Assembly (NCBI GenBank): GCA_024679065.1
Contig: JAGIQG010000307.1
Coordinates: 1 to 41,352, forward strand
Length of the DNA: 41,352 nt
Reading direction: 5' to 3'
Source: Sphyrna mokarran
Taxonomy: Eukaryota
The notes beneath the pieces were generated by a model. That model searched no databases and had not been told where the DNA came from. It was given only the letters and a program-made list of their open reading frames with translations. Shown here in pieces: positions 1 to 10,011 of the stretch. The stretch's first letter is position 1. Each line of letters begins with the position of its first letter. A program made the position numbers and the translations under genes.

Positions 1-1257
1 AAGGGTAGGTCATGCCTTACTACCTCATTGAGTTTTTTGAGAAAGTGACCAGAGAGGTGGATGGGGGTAAGGCGGTTGATGTAGTATATATGGACTTTAG
101 TAAGGCTTTTGATAAGGTGGCCCATGGAAGACTTCTACAGAAAATGCAGATGTGTGGAATAGAGTGTGATTTAGCTAATTGGATTAGGAATTGGCTGGCA
201 GATAGAAGACAGAGGGTGGTGGTTGATGGGAGATATTCATCGTGGAGTTCGGTGACGAGTGGTGTGCCTCAGGGGTCTGTTTTGGGGCCCCTGCTGTTTG
301 TAATTTTTAGAAATGATCTGGATGAGGGTATTGAGGGATGGATCAGTAAATTTGCAGATGATACTAAAGTTGGTGGTGTGGTATATAGTGAAGAGGGGTG
401 TTTTAGTTTACAGAGTGACTTGGACAAGTTGCAGAGCTGGGCCGAGAGGTGGCAAATGGAGTTTAATGTGGAAAAGTGTGAGGTAATGCACTTTGGCAGG
501 AACAATAAATGTGTAGAGTATAGGGCTAATGGTAGTGCTCTTAATAGTGTTGAGGAACAGAAGGATCTTGGTGTATGTGTCAATAGATCCCTGAAAGTAG
601 GCAGTCAAGTGGATAAAGTTGTTAAGAAGGCTTATGGAGTCTTAGCTTTTATGGGTAGGGGGATTGAATTTCGGAGCCGCAGCATCATGTTGCAGCTGTA
701 CAAAACTCTAGTGCGGCCGCACTTGGAGTATTGTGTGCAGTTCTGGTCCCCACATTATAAGAAAGATGTGGAGGCATTGGAGAGGGTCCAGAGGAGGTTT
801 ACCAGGATGTTGCCTGGTATGGAGGGCAGGTCTTATGAAGAGAGGCTGAGGGATTTGAGATTGTTTTCGTTAGAAAGGAGCGGCTAAGAGGGGACCTAAT
901 CGAAACATATAAGATGATTAGAGGTTTAGATAGGGTGGACAGTGATAGCCTTTTTCCTAGGATGGAGAAAGCTAGCACGAGGGGACACAGCTTTAAATTA
1001 ATGGGTATGAGTTATAGGACGGATATCAGAGGTAGGTTCTTTACTCAAAGAGTGATTAGGGAGTGGAATGCCCTGCCTGCAGCTGTTGTAGATGCGCCAA
1101 GTTTGGTGCGTTTAAGAGGTTAGTTGATAAGTATATGGAAGAGAAGGGAATGGTTTAGTTTGGAGGGGCATTGCTTTTTTATTTTGGTCGGCACAACATC
1201 GAAGGCCGAAGGGCCTGTTCTGTGCTGTATTGTTCTATGTTCTATGTTCTATGTTCT
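1..1257 (+). mobile_element. CR1 LINE subfamily A, ORF2 RT C-terminal part plus 3'UTR, cut by the window start
   Basis: ORF 12-887 has RT motifs [21 protein letters not shown] and KFADD plus the CR1 C-terminus LYKTLVRPHLEYC. Frameshift near 880. Ends in a (TTCTATG)n tail. Confidence 0.95.
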
Positions 1258-1340
1258 AAATCACCTTCTATCCCATACATCTGCATTTTCTGCAGAAGTC
1301 TTCCATGGGCCACCTTATCAAACGCCTTACTAAAGTCCAT
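1258..1340 (-). mobile_element. CR1-A RT fragment, antisense, abutting the tail of the upstream copy
   Basis: Reverse complement matches ATGGACTTTAGTAAGGC...GATTTAG, i.e. positions ~90-175 of the + copy. Confidence 0.85.
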
Positions 1341-1537
1341 AATGGTGGAAGAGAGAATGCCCAGGGTGCATGGGGACCCTTGATCATGCTAGTTGCTTTT
1401 CCCCGAGGCAGCGGGATGTGTCATTGAATGGAAGGCTGGTTTGAAGTTTACTCCCAATTGGCTTTCAGTCCGCTATCTTCAAGGAATGGTCCATAATCTG
1501 AGGTGACTGTTGTTTTATCTCTCTTTCTCTTTCCCAG

Positions 1538-1876
1538 TTACAGTGTCTCAAGTAACCGTGTCCCAGTCTCCGCCGGTTCAGACGCTCCCTGCCGGGTGTT
1601 CTGTTAATCTCCGCTGCCACATCCAGGAGCAAGCTGCTGGCTCTGTCTTCTGGTACAGACAGAGGGGAAGAAACAACATCGATGCCATCTATACAGCGTT
1701 CCAGAACAGTCCAGTTGTGGAGAGATATTCAAGCGAGATTTCTGAAAATGGGCGTATTTATACACTTACCATTGCGGATTCCCGGATAAATGATTCTGGG
1801 GTGTATTACTGTGCAATCTCCAATTACCCGAAAATGGCCCAAATATTCGGCAATGGCTCCAAGTTAGTGATTATGG
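1538..1876 (+). CDS. Exon: Ig V-set domain with germline-joined J-like segment of a VJ-C1 receptor gene
   Basis: Polypyrimidine tract and acceptor ttcccag|TT (phase 1). Encodes TVSQVTVSQSPPVQTLPAGCSVNLRC...VFWYRQ...YTLTIADSRINDSGVYYCAISNYPKMAQIFGNGSKLVIM, with canonical Cys, Trp, DxGxYYC and FGxG. Donor G|gtaaat at 1877 (phase 1). Confidence 0.93.
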
Positions 1877-1976
1877 GTAAATTCCATTATTATTCTCTTT
1901 CAGTGGGTTTCTCAAAGATAATAAAGTGTCTTGTTCCACCAGTTAACGGGTGTTCTGTTTCATTCACTGGATTTAG

Positions 1977-2282
1977 CGGGTTCTCCCACCATATTCCTCC
2001 TCACCCCGCCGCTGGATGAGATTCCCGATATGAAAAGCGTCCCATTGTTGTGTTTGATCAGAGGTGTGTCTCCCGATCCCTTTCCCATCAGCTGGAATGT
2101 TTCAGGGAGAGATACCGAGGGACAGACCGATTCGGGGACACTGGAGCCGGACGGGACCTACACCGTCAGGAGTTACATCAGCGTCTCGGCAGAAACTTGG
2201 AGAAGCGGCGCTCACTGTACTTGCGCCATTCAAGTCAACTTCAGTGAAAGTGTTCTCAGTGAAAGTGTCTCATCTCAGAGAG
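1977..2282 (+). CDS. Exon: Ig C1-set constant domain of the VJ-C1 receptor gene
   Basis: Acceptor atttag|CG (phase 1). Encodes AGSPTIFLLTPP...VPLLCLIRGVSPDPFPISWNVSG...DGTYTVRSYISVSAETWRSGAHCTCAIQ...SQR, matching C1 motifs PxVFLLxP, LxCLxxxxxPxxxxxxW, DGTYxxxS and WxxxxxxxC. Donor G|gtattc at 2283 (phase 1). Confidence 0.92.
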
Positions 2283-2677
2283 GTATTCACACTGACCATT
2301 TTTCAATCCATTTCATATTAAGGGGGGCAACTTACCAAGGGGCCATTGTAGATTATCTCTTAGTGTCACTGTAAATTTTTGGGATTAAGTGATTGGGACG
2401 TGGGTGGGAGTATTTTCTTGCAAATGTCTCCGCGGGCATCTCCATGGAGATAGAAATCATCACTACCCTATCATTGTCCTCCCAGTTTCGTTTTCTGATA
2501 TTTTATATCTTCTATAGAAAACAGTGAATATTCAAACACAGAAACAGTTTTTTTTTTAGAACGGATAGATTAAACGCTAAGGGAAAGAGGCCGGGGGAAG
2601 TGAGGTTCATGTACATGCTTAGCCATGGTGTTATTAGATGGCAGAGTAAACAAGTTAAACCGAATCACCTCTTCTTT

Positions 2678-3040
2678 ACCTGATCGAAACATATAAGATG
2701 ATTAGAGGTTTAGATAGGGTGGACAGTGATAGCCTTTTTCCTAGGATGGAAAAAGCTAGCACGAGGGGAAACAGCTTTAAATTAAGGGGTGATAGTTATA
2801 GGCCGGATATCAGAGGCAGGTTCTTTACCCAAAGGGTGGTTCGGGAGTGGAATGCCCTGCCTGCAGCGGTTGTAGATGCGCCAAGTTTGGTGGCGTTTAA
2901 GAGGTTAGTTGATAAGTATATGGAAGAGAAGGAATGGTTTAGTTTGGAGGGGCATTGCTTTTTATATTGGTCGGCGCAACATCGAAGGCCGAAGGGCCTG
3001 TTCTGTGCTGTAATGTTCTATGTTCTATGTTCTATGTTCT
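2678..3040 (+). mobile_element. CR1-A 3' fragment (intron)
   Basis: [22 protein letters not shown]..., 3'UTR GGCCGAAGGGCCTGTT and TTCTATG tail. Confidence 0.93.
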
Positions 3041-3199
3041 TCTCCTCTCCCACTTTTTATATCTGGCTAAGACACCGTCTGAAAGTTAGGGACCAATCTG
3101 AAAGTGTGTAAAATTGAAATGTGTCACACTCTGTCACAGCACGGCGTTGAACCATTCACTCATTCCTTCATCTCTCTCTCTACTTCAATCCCATTCAGT

Positions 3200-3735
3200 T
3201 ACGCTGGATGTCCTGTGGATGTTTCTGTTTCCTCTCAATCTCCAAAGATGTACGGGTTAGGTGGATTGACCGTGCTAAATTATTCCTCAGTGTCCAAAGA
3301 TGTGCAGATTGGATGGATTGGCTGCTTTAAATCGCCCCTTAATGTTAAGGAATATGTAGGTCATCTGGACTAGCCAAGGTTAATTGAATCCAAGTGTCAT
3401 GGATCCGAAGGTTAGCTGTATTAGCCATGCTAACTTGCTTCTTAGTGTCCAAAAGTGTGCAGGCTGGTGGATTGGCCATGCTAACTTGCTTCTTAGTGTC
3501 CAAAAGTGTGCAGGCTGGTGGATTGGCCATGCTAAATTGCCCCTTAGTGTCCAAAGATGTGCAGGTTAGGTGGATTGGCCGTGCTAAATTGTTCCTGAGT
3601 GTCCAAAGATTAGTAAATCAGGTGGATTGGCCATGCTAAATTGTCTGGTGTCATGGTAAATATTTGGGATTAAGTGGTTGGGACCTGCGTGGGATTATTT
3701 TCTTGCAGGCTCGATAGATTGATAGGCCTTCTTTT
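3200..3735 (+). repeat. HE1-type SINE remnant with about 8 tandem copies of a 51-52 bp internal unit
   Basis: Unit TCCAAAGATGTGCAGGTTAGGTGGATTGGCCATGCTAAATTGCCCCTTAGTG recurs from 3241 to ~3650. The same core occurs in the SINEs at ~5420 and ~15650. Confidence 0.8.
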
Positions 3736-3851
3736 GTTGTTTATTTTCTCCTGTTTACCACCGACTCCCCGCCACCCCAACCCACCCGCACACCTCCCTC
3801 CCCCACTTTCTCTCTGTCAATACTCAAGCTTTTCCCTGGTGTAACTTTCTC

Positions 3852-4125
3852 AATAAGATGTCTCACAACACCAGGTTCAAGTCCGACCAATGTATTTGAT
3901 AATAAACTCACAAGGTTTCGGGGTTTGCCCCTTGGCCAGGCTTATGGAGAATTCTGGCCTCAGATATATGCTCTGTCTGAGGCCAGAACTCTTCTTTTGT
4001 CTGATGGAGGGGCAAACCCCGAAACCTTATGGGTTTACTATCAAATAAATTGGTTAGACTTTAAACTGGTGTTGTGAGACTTCTTACTATGTTTATCTCA
4101 GTCTAATGCTGGCATCTCCACATTG
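3852..4125. mobile_element. Penelope-like element terminal remnant forming a ~237-bp palindrome
   Basis: 3852-3932 is the near-perfect reverse complement of ~4008-4088. Inner stem TTCTGGCCTCAGA/TCTGAGGCCAGAA. CTGATGGAGGGGCAAACCCCGAAA motif. A second single-arm copy is at 32250-32410. Confidence 0.65.
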
Positions 4126-4192
4126 TAACTGTCTCCATCAGTCTGTCCTGGGACACTGTTTGCATCGCTTTCACTCCCGTTCTACTTCACAT

Positions 4193-4227
4193 CTCTCTCT
4201 CTCTCTCACTCTCTGCCTCTCTCTCTC
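4193..4227. repeat. (CT)n microsatellite
   Basis: Direct reading. Confidence 0.8.
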
Positions 4228-4524
4228 CTTCTCCCCGTTTATTTATTGGCTTATTTAGTATTCCCCAGTGTTCTATATTTGCAATTGTTGTGCTAGTAAT
4301 ATGGTGCTTGAACTAAGTGCCCACCTGTCGCTCTCCAAGAATATCTATTTTATTCTCTCCTTTTTGCTCGTCCTCAAAATCTCTATGTTTCCCCAATGGA
4401 AATCGAGCTAAATACTTTTGGAGAAGTCATCTGTTCTATCTATTCTGTCCATCTCTCCATCTAAGATTGGGAGAACATAAACTAAGCGCTAATGCGCAGT
4501 TTTTTGCTGGACATGTCTCGATTG

Positions 4525-4795
4525 AATTAGATTGGATCTGATTTCATTTACTGTCAAATGTATTAGTACACATTGGAAAGAAGATTTTCTTGCGGCTATG
4601 GAAGGGAAATATATCGTACAAATGGAAGGAAAGGAAAGTGCAGAATGTGGTGTCACAGCCATAGTTAGTGTATAGAGAAAGATCAACGTAATAGTAGGGA
4701 ATTTGGGGCGGGGGGGTGCGGCTGGCATTCAAAAGTCTGAAGGTAGCAGTGAAGAAGCAGTGTTTGAGTCAGTTGGTACGTGACCTCCGACTATT
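4525..4795 (-). mobile_element. Rex1/Babar-like LINE 3' end, degraded
   Basis: Homologous to 8650-9170. (GATTT)n-like tail on the + strand. Confidence 0.6.
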
Positions 4796-4824
4796 TTTGA
4801 ATCATTAATTCTGTCCATATACCT

Positions 4825-5070
4825 GGAGCATTTTTTTCACACACAGTGTGTTGAGTATCTGGAACAAGCTGGCAGAAGTAGTAACAGAGGTCGGTACAAT
4901 TTTGTCTTTTAAAAGGAGATCAGTCAGTCGCATAGGTAAGATCAGTACAGAGGGATATGGGACAAACACGGGCAAATGAGACTAGCTTAGTGGTTAAAAT
5001 GGGGGCGGGATAGACAAGTTGGTCGGAAGTGATTTTTTCCATCCTGTGAGACTCTGCAACCCTATGAATC
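4825..5070 (+). mobile_element. Old CR1 3' fragment
   Basis: TTTTTCACACACAGTGTGTTGAGTATCTGGAAC... resembles the degenerate CR1 FFTQRVV..WN terminus and 3'UTR. Confidence 0.55.
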
Positions 5071-5253
5071 TACTTCGTACTTTATTTCTTTGTCGTTTAA
5101 ACTGGGCTCTGTAAAATTTTGGTTCTTTCTCCTCCCTGAATGTTCTACACTCTACACCTTTCCCTATGTGGGCCTCGTTCAAAACATGTTCAGTCCCTCT
5201 GTCATTATCTTTGTATCTCCCTGTGTCCTATTTTTTTTTTCAAATCTCTCGAT

Positions 5254-5503
5254 TGGGCAATATGGTGGCACAATTGTTCGCACAGCGACAAGAGACCTGG
5301 GTTCAATTCCAGCCTCGTGGAGGGTGGGGGGGGGAGGGGGCAGTGGGGTTGTCTGTATGGAGTCTGTACATTCTCCCCGTCTCTGCGTTGGTTTCCACCG
5401 GGTGCTTCGGTTTTCTCCCACAGTCCAAAGATGTGCAGGTTTGGTTGATTGGCCCTGTTAAATTGAGCGGAGTGCCAGGGGGATTACGAGGGTAAATACA
5501 TGA
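5254..5503 (+). mobile_element. HE1-type tRNA-derived SINE, 5' part (3' part continues at ~7796-7880)
   Basis: GGTGGCACA...GACCTGGGTTCAATTCC box A/B-like head and TCCAAAGATGTGCAGGTT core. Split by a CR1 insertion. Confidence 0.75.
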
Positions 5504-7796
5504 ACATAGAACATAGAACATTACAGCGCAGAACAGGCCCTTCGGCCTTCGATGTTGCGCCGACCAATTATGAAAAAAGCAATGACCCACCAAACTAAAC
5601 CATTCCCTTCTCTTCCATAAACTTATCAACTAAACTCTTAAACGCCACCAAACTTGGCGCATCTACAACTGCCACAGGCAGGGCATTCCACTCCCTAACC
5701 TCCCTCTGGGTAAAGAACCTACCTCTGATATCCGTCCTATAACTATCACCCCTTAATTTAAAGCTATGTCCCCTCGTGCTAGCTTTCTCCATCCTAGGAA
5801 AAAGGCTATCACTGTCCACCCTATATAAACCTCTCATCATCTTATATGTTTCGATAAGGTCTTCTCTTAGCCGCCTTCTTTCTAACGAAAAGAACCTCAA
5901 ATCCCTCAGCCTCTCCTCATAAGACCTGCCCTCCATACCAGGCAACATCCTGGTAAACCTCCTCTGTATTATCTCCAATGCCTCTACATCATTCTTATAA
6001 TGTGGGGACCAGAACTGCACACCATACTCCAAGTGCGGCCGCACTAGAGTTTTGTACAGTTGCAACATGACGTTGTGGCTCCGAAATTCAATCCCCCTAC
6101 CAATAAAAGCTAAGATTCCGAATGCCTTCTTAACAACATTATCGACTTGATTGCCTACTTTCAGGGATCTATGAACATATACACCAAGATCCCTCTGTTC
6201 ATCAACACTATTGAGAGTCCTACCATTAGCCCTATACTCTACACATTTGTTATTCCTGCCAAAGTGAATTACCTCACACTTTTCCACATTAAACTCCATT
6301 TGCCACCTCTCGGCCCAGCTCTGCAACTTGTCCAAGTCTCTCTGCAAACTATAACACCCCTCTTCACTATCTACCACTCCACCGACTTTAGTGTCATCCG
6401 CAAATTTACTAATCCATCCTTCAATACCCTCATCCAGATCATTTATAAAAATTACAAACAGCAGGGGCCCCAAAACAGACCCCTCAGGTACACCACTTGT
6501 AACCGAACTCCACGATGAATATCTCCCTTAAACCACGACCCTCCGTCTTCTATCTGCTAGCCAATTCCTAATCCAATAAGCTAAATCACCCTCAATCCCA
6601 TACATCTGCATTTTCTGCAGAAGCCTCCCATGGGCCACCTTATCGAACGCCTTACTAAAGTCCTTATATACCACATCAACTGCCTTACCCCCATCCACCT
6701 CTTTGGTCACTTTTTCAAAAAACTCAATAAGGTTAGTAAGGCACGACCTACCCTTCACAAAACCATGCTGACTATCCCCAATCAATTCATTTCTCTCTAA
6801 ATAACTATAAATCCTATCCCTGATAATTCTCTCCAATACTTTGCCCACAACAGAAGTAAGACTCACTGGCCTATAATTCCCTGGAAGGTCTCTCTTCCCC
6901 TTCTTGAACAATGGGACCACATTCGCTATCCTCCAGTCCTCCGGAACTATACCCGTAACCAATGACGACCTGAAGATCAGAGCCAGAGGCTCTGCAATCG
7001 CCTCTCTTGCCTCCCAGAGAATCCTAGGGTAAATCCCGTCCGGCCCAGGGGACTTATCTAATTTCAAACCGTCAAGAATATCTAGCACATCCTCCCTATC
7101 TACTTCAATACTTTCCAGTTTGCAACCCTGTACCTCAGTGTTCTCCACAACTACATTTACATCTCCCTGCGTGAATGCCGAAGAGAAATATTTGTTCAGT
7201 GCCTCTCCAATCTCTTCAGGCTCCACGCACAACTTCCTACTGCTGTCTATGACTGGCCCTAATCTTGCCCTAACCAATCGTCCATTCTTAACATATCTGA
7301 ATGAAGCTTTAGGATTCTCCTTAATCCTATCAGCTAAAGTCTTCTCGTGTCCCCTCTTAGCTCTCCTCAAGTCACTCTTTAGCTCCCTCCTGGCTAATCT
7401 ATAGCTATCCATTGCACTAACTGAGCCTTCAATCCTCATCCTGACATAAGCCTCCTTTTGCCTTTTAACCAGCAAATTAACTTTTCTAGTACACCACGGT
7501 TCCCTTACTCGACCATTTCCTCCTTGCCTGACAGGGACATACTTATCAAGGACTCGCAGCAGCTATTCCTTGAATAAGCTCCACATTTCAGATGTTCCCA
7601 GTCCCTGTAGTTTCCTAGTCCGACCTATGCACCCTAATTCTCTCCTTATGGCCTCATAATTACCATTCCCCCAGCTATAACTACTGCCCCCAGCTTCCTG
7701 CCTATCCCTATCCATCACTAAGGCGAACGTAACCGAATTGTGGTCACTATCACCAAAATGTTCACCAACTTCCAAGCCTAACACCTGGTCTGGCTC
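5503..7796 (-). mobile_element. CR1-A, 2.3-kb 5'-truncated copy (end of APE endonuclease, RT, 3'UTR)
   Basis: ORFs 7563-7784 (GDSDHNSV endonuclease end), 6528-7475 (KSPGPDG, NYRPVSLTS, QHGF) and 5595-6473 (KFADD). Tail GAACATA repeats at ~5503-5520. Frameshifted. Confidence 0.95.
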
Positions 7797-8134
7797 ATGA
7801 GGTAACAGGGATGGAGTAGGATCGCTGTAAGCGTAGACGCGAGGACCCGAATGGTCTTTTTCTGCGGTATGGGATTCTGCAGTTACTCTCTAACTGATTC
7901 TGTCATTCTCTCACTTCATCTCCCTGTGTGTCCTGTTCGAAAAAAGTGCTCAGTCTCTCTACCACTATCTCTCTCTACCTCGCCTTGTGTTCTGTTGCAC
8001 AAGTGCTACTCTATTGCGTGATGGGAACGTGTGCAAAAAAAAGCGTTTTGCCATGTTCCAGTAAAGTTAGATTGGACAAAATCCTTCGTTTGTTTAATTA
8101 TTTCCTCACTTCCGTTGAGTGAGTGTTTTTGCAG

Positions 8135-8254
8135 ATTCTCCGTCCTCATCCATCTGTAATTTAATGTTTTCCGGGGGTTTGTCGGCCGCGGCGTTTCTGC
8201 TTCTGGGATTGATCCTTGTGGCCGGAAGTATGATCTGCAGGAACCGCCAGAGAG
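8135..8254 (+). CDS. Exon: connecting peptide plus transmembrane segment of the VJ-C1 receptor gene
   Basis: Acceptor tttttgcag|AT (phase 1). Encodes DSPSSSICNLMFSGGLSAAAFLLLGLILVAGSMICRNRQR, a hydrophobic stretch followed by a basic stop-transfer motif. Donor G|gtaatg (phase 1). In frame with the C1 exon. Confidence 0.85.
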
Positions 8255-8392
8255 GTAATGATTGCTGGGAAACGCTGTTACTCCACGGCGCTCTCAATCC
8301 ACTCATTTATCACTGAGTTATTGACACCTCTGAACGGGTTCGGTGTGAAATGTAGCCATTTTAAATTTCATTTCAATCTCTATTTCTAACAG

Positions 8393-8451
8393 GAACCGCG
8401 AACAGTGATGAGGAACTGACAGAATCCAGAGAACACAAACAGGATAAAGAG
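8393..8451 (+). CDS. Exon: cytoplasmic exon 1 of the VJ-C1 receptor gene
   Basis: Acceptor tatttctaacag|GA (phase 1). Encodes GTANSDEELTESREHKQDKE. Donor GAG|gtgaat (phase 0). Confidence 0.78.
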
Positions 8452-8649
8452 GTGAATGAATAGAATTATTGTTACTAAAACACACGGATATTTTTCATTA
8501 ATTATTAATCCGCGATTTAGAATTCGCAACCAACACAGAAAATTCTGGAAATTCTCAACAAGCCTGGCGGCATGACGGATAGATTAAAGTCTCCAGGCCG
8601 AATGACACCTCTTCAAAGTTATATTTTTGTTCAATTTATTCGTGGGTCA

Positions 8650-9170
8650 TTTGATTTGGGTTGATTTATTACTGTCACATATATTAGCATACGTGAAAAG
8701 TATTGTTTTTGCGCGTGATACAGAAAAAGCATACCATTCATAGAGTTGATTTAATATTGTCAAATTTATTGGAATACAATTGTTTCTTGCGCTCTATACA
8801 GAGAAGGCATATCGTTCATAGAGCAGGAAAGGAGCGTGTGGAGAATGTAGTGTTATCGTCATGGATAGGGTGTAGGGAAAGATCAACTTACAGCGAGGTC
8901 CATTCAAAAGTCTGATGGAAGCAGAGAAGAAGCTGTCCTTACGCCAGTTGGTACGTGACCTCAGACCTTTGTTTCTTTTTCCCGACGGAAGTAGGTGAAA
9001 GAGGGAACGTCCGGAATGCCTGGGGTCCTTAATTATGCTGACTGCTTTGCCGGGGGAAGAGGAAGTGTCGAAAGATTCATTGGATGGGAGGCTGGTTTGA
9101 ATGACAGGACATGACTCATTCATGATCCTTTGTAGTTCTTGCAGTCTTGGTCAGAGCAGGAAACATATCA
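8650..9170 (-). mobile_element. Rex1/Babar-like LINE 3' fragment
   Basis: ORF 8794-9123 reads IIKDPRHSGRSLFHLLPSGKR...RTNWRKDSFFSASIRLLN, matching the Rex1-type ORF C-terminus (HPxxxLFxLLPSGRR...SFFPxAIRLLN). Confidence 0.7.
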
Positions 9171-9229
9171 AGCTTATTCACTATGGAAAAATGTTCTTGC
9201 TCTTGAAAGAGCAAGAACATTGAGAGAGC

Positions 9230-10011
9230 AAGAATAATAAATGTGTAGAGTATAGGGCTAATGGTAGGATTTTTAATAGTGTTGATGAACAGAGGGATCT
9301 TGGTGTATTTGTGCATAGATCCCTGAAAGTAGGCAGTCAAGTCGATAAGGTTGTTAAGAAGGCATACGGAGTCTTAGCTTTTATGGTAGGGGGATTGAAT
9401 TTCGGAGCCGCAACGTCATGTTGCAACTGTACAAAACTCTAGTGCGGCCGCACTTGGAGTATTGTGTGCAGTTCTGGTCCCCACATTATAAGAATGATGT
9501 GGAGGCATTGGAGAGGGTACAGAGGAGGTTTACCAGGATGTTGCCTGGTATGGAGGGCAGGTCTTATGAGGAGAGGCTGAGGGATTTGAGGTTGTTTTCG
9601 TTATAAAGGAGGCGGATAAGAGGAGACCTTATTGAAACATATAAGATGATGAGAGGTTTAGATAGGGTGGACAGTTTTATCCTTTTCAGTGATAGCCTTT
9701 TTCCTAGGATGGAGAATGCTAGCACGAGGGGACACAGCTTTAAATTAAGGGGTATGAGTTATAGGACGGATATCAGAGGTAGGTTCTTTACTCATAGAGT
9801 GATTAGGGAGTGGAATGCCCTGCCTGCAGCTGTTGTAGATGCGCCAAGTTTGGTGGCGTTTAAGAGGTTAATTGATAAGTATATGGAAGAGAAGGGAATG
9901 GTTTAGTTTGGAGGGGCATTGCTTTTTATTTTGGTCGGCACAACATCGAAGGCCGAAGGGCCTGTTGTGTGCTGTATTGTTCTATGTTCTATGTTCTATG
10001 TTCTATGTTCT
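9230..10011 (+). mobile_element. CR1-A 3' fragment inserted in an older CR1
   Basis: [19 protein letters not shown], 3'UTR and (TTCTATG)n tail. Confidence 0.93.

Noticed and set aside
1386-1504. Candidate leader exon just upstream of the V exon
   Set aside because: The ATGCTAGTTGCT stretch is Rex1-like repeat sequence. The ATG near 1486 with GT at 1503 would give a non-hydrophobic peptide and a 35-nt intron.
1538-2282. Conventional Ig light chain or TCR gene assignment
   Set aside because: In-frame TM and tyrosine-motif tail exons, no charged TM residues, no RSS and a 100-nt V-C intron do not fit; no gene symbol assigned.
1510-2374. ORF-track proteins 1510-2019 and 1931-2374 as standalone genes
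   Set aside because: They start at TTG within introns and run through splice sites; they are exons of one spliced gene.
4840-4880. CACAGTG heptamer as a possible RSS (also near 15520)
   Set aside because: These lie inside CR1 or SINE sequence, with no nonamer at 12/23 spacing and no adjacent V, D or J segment.
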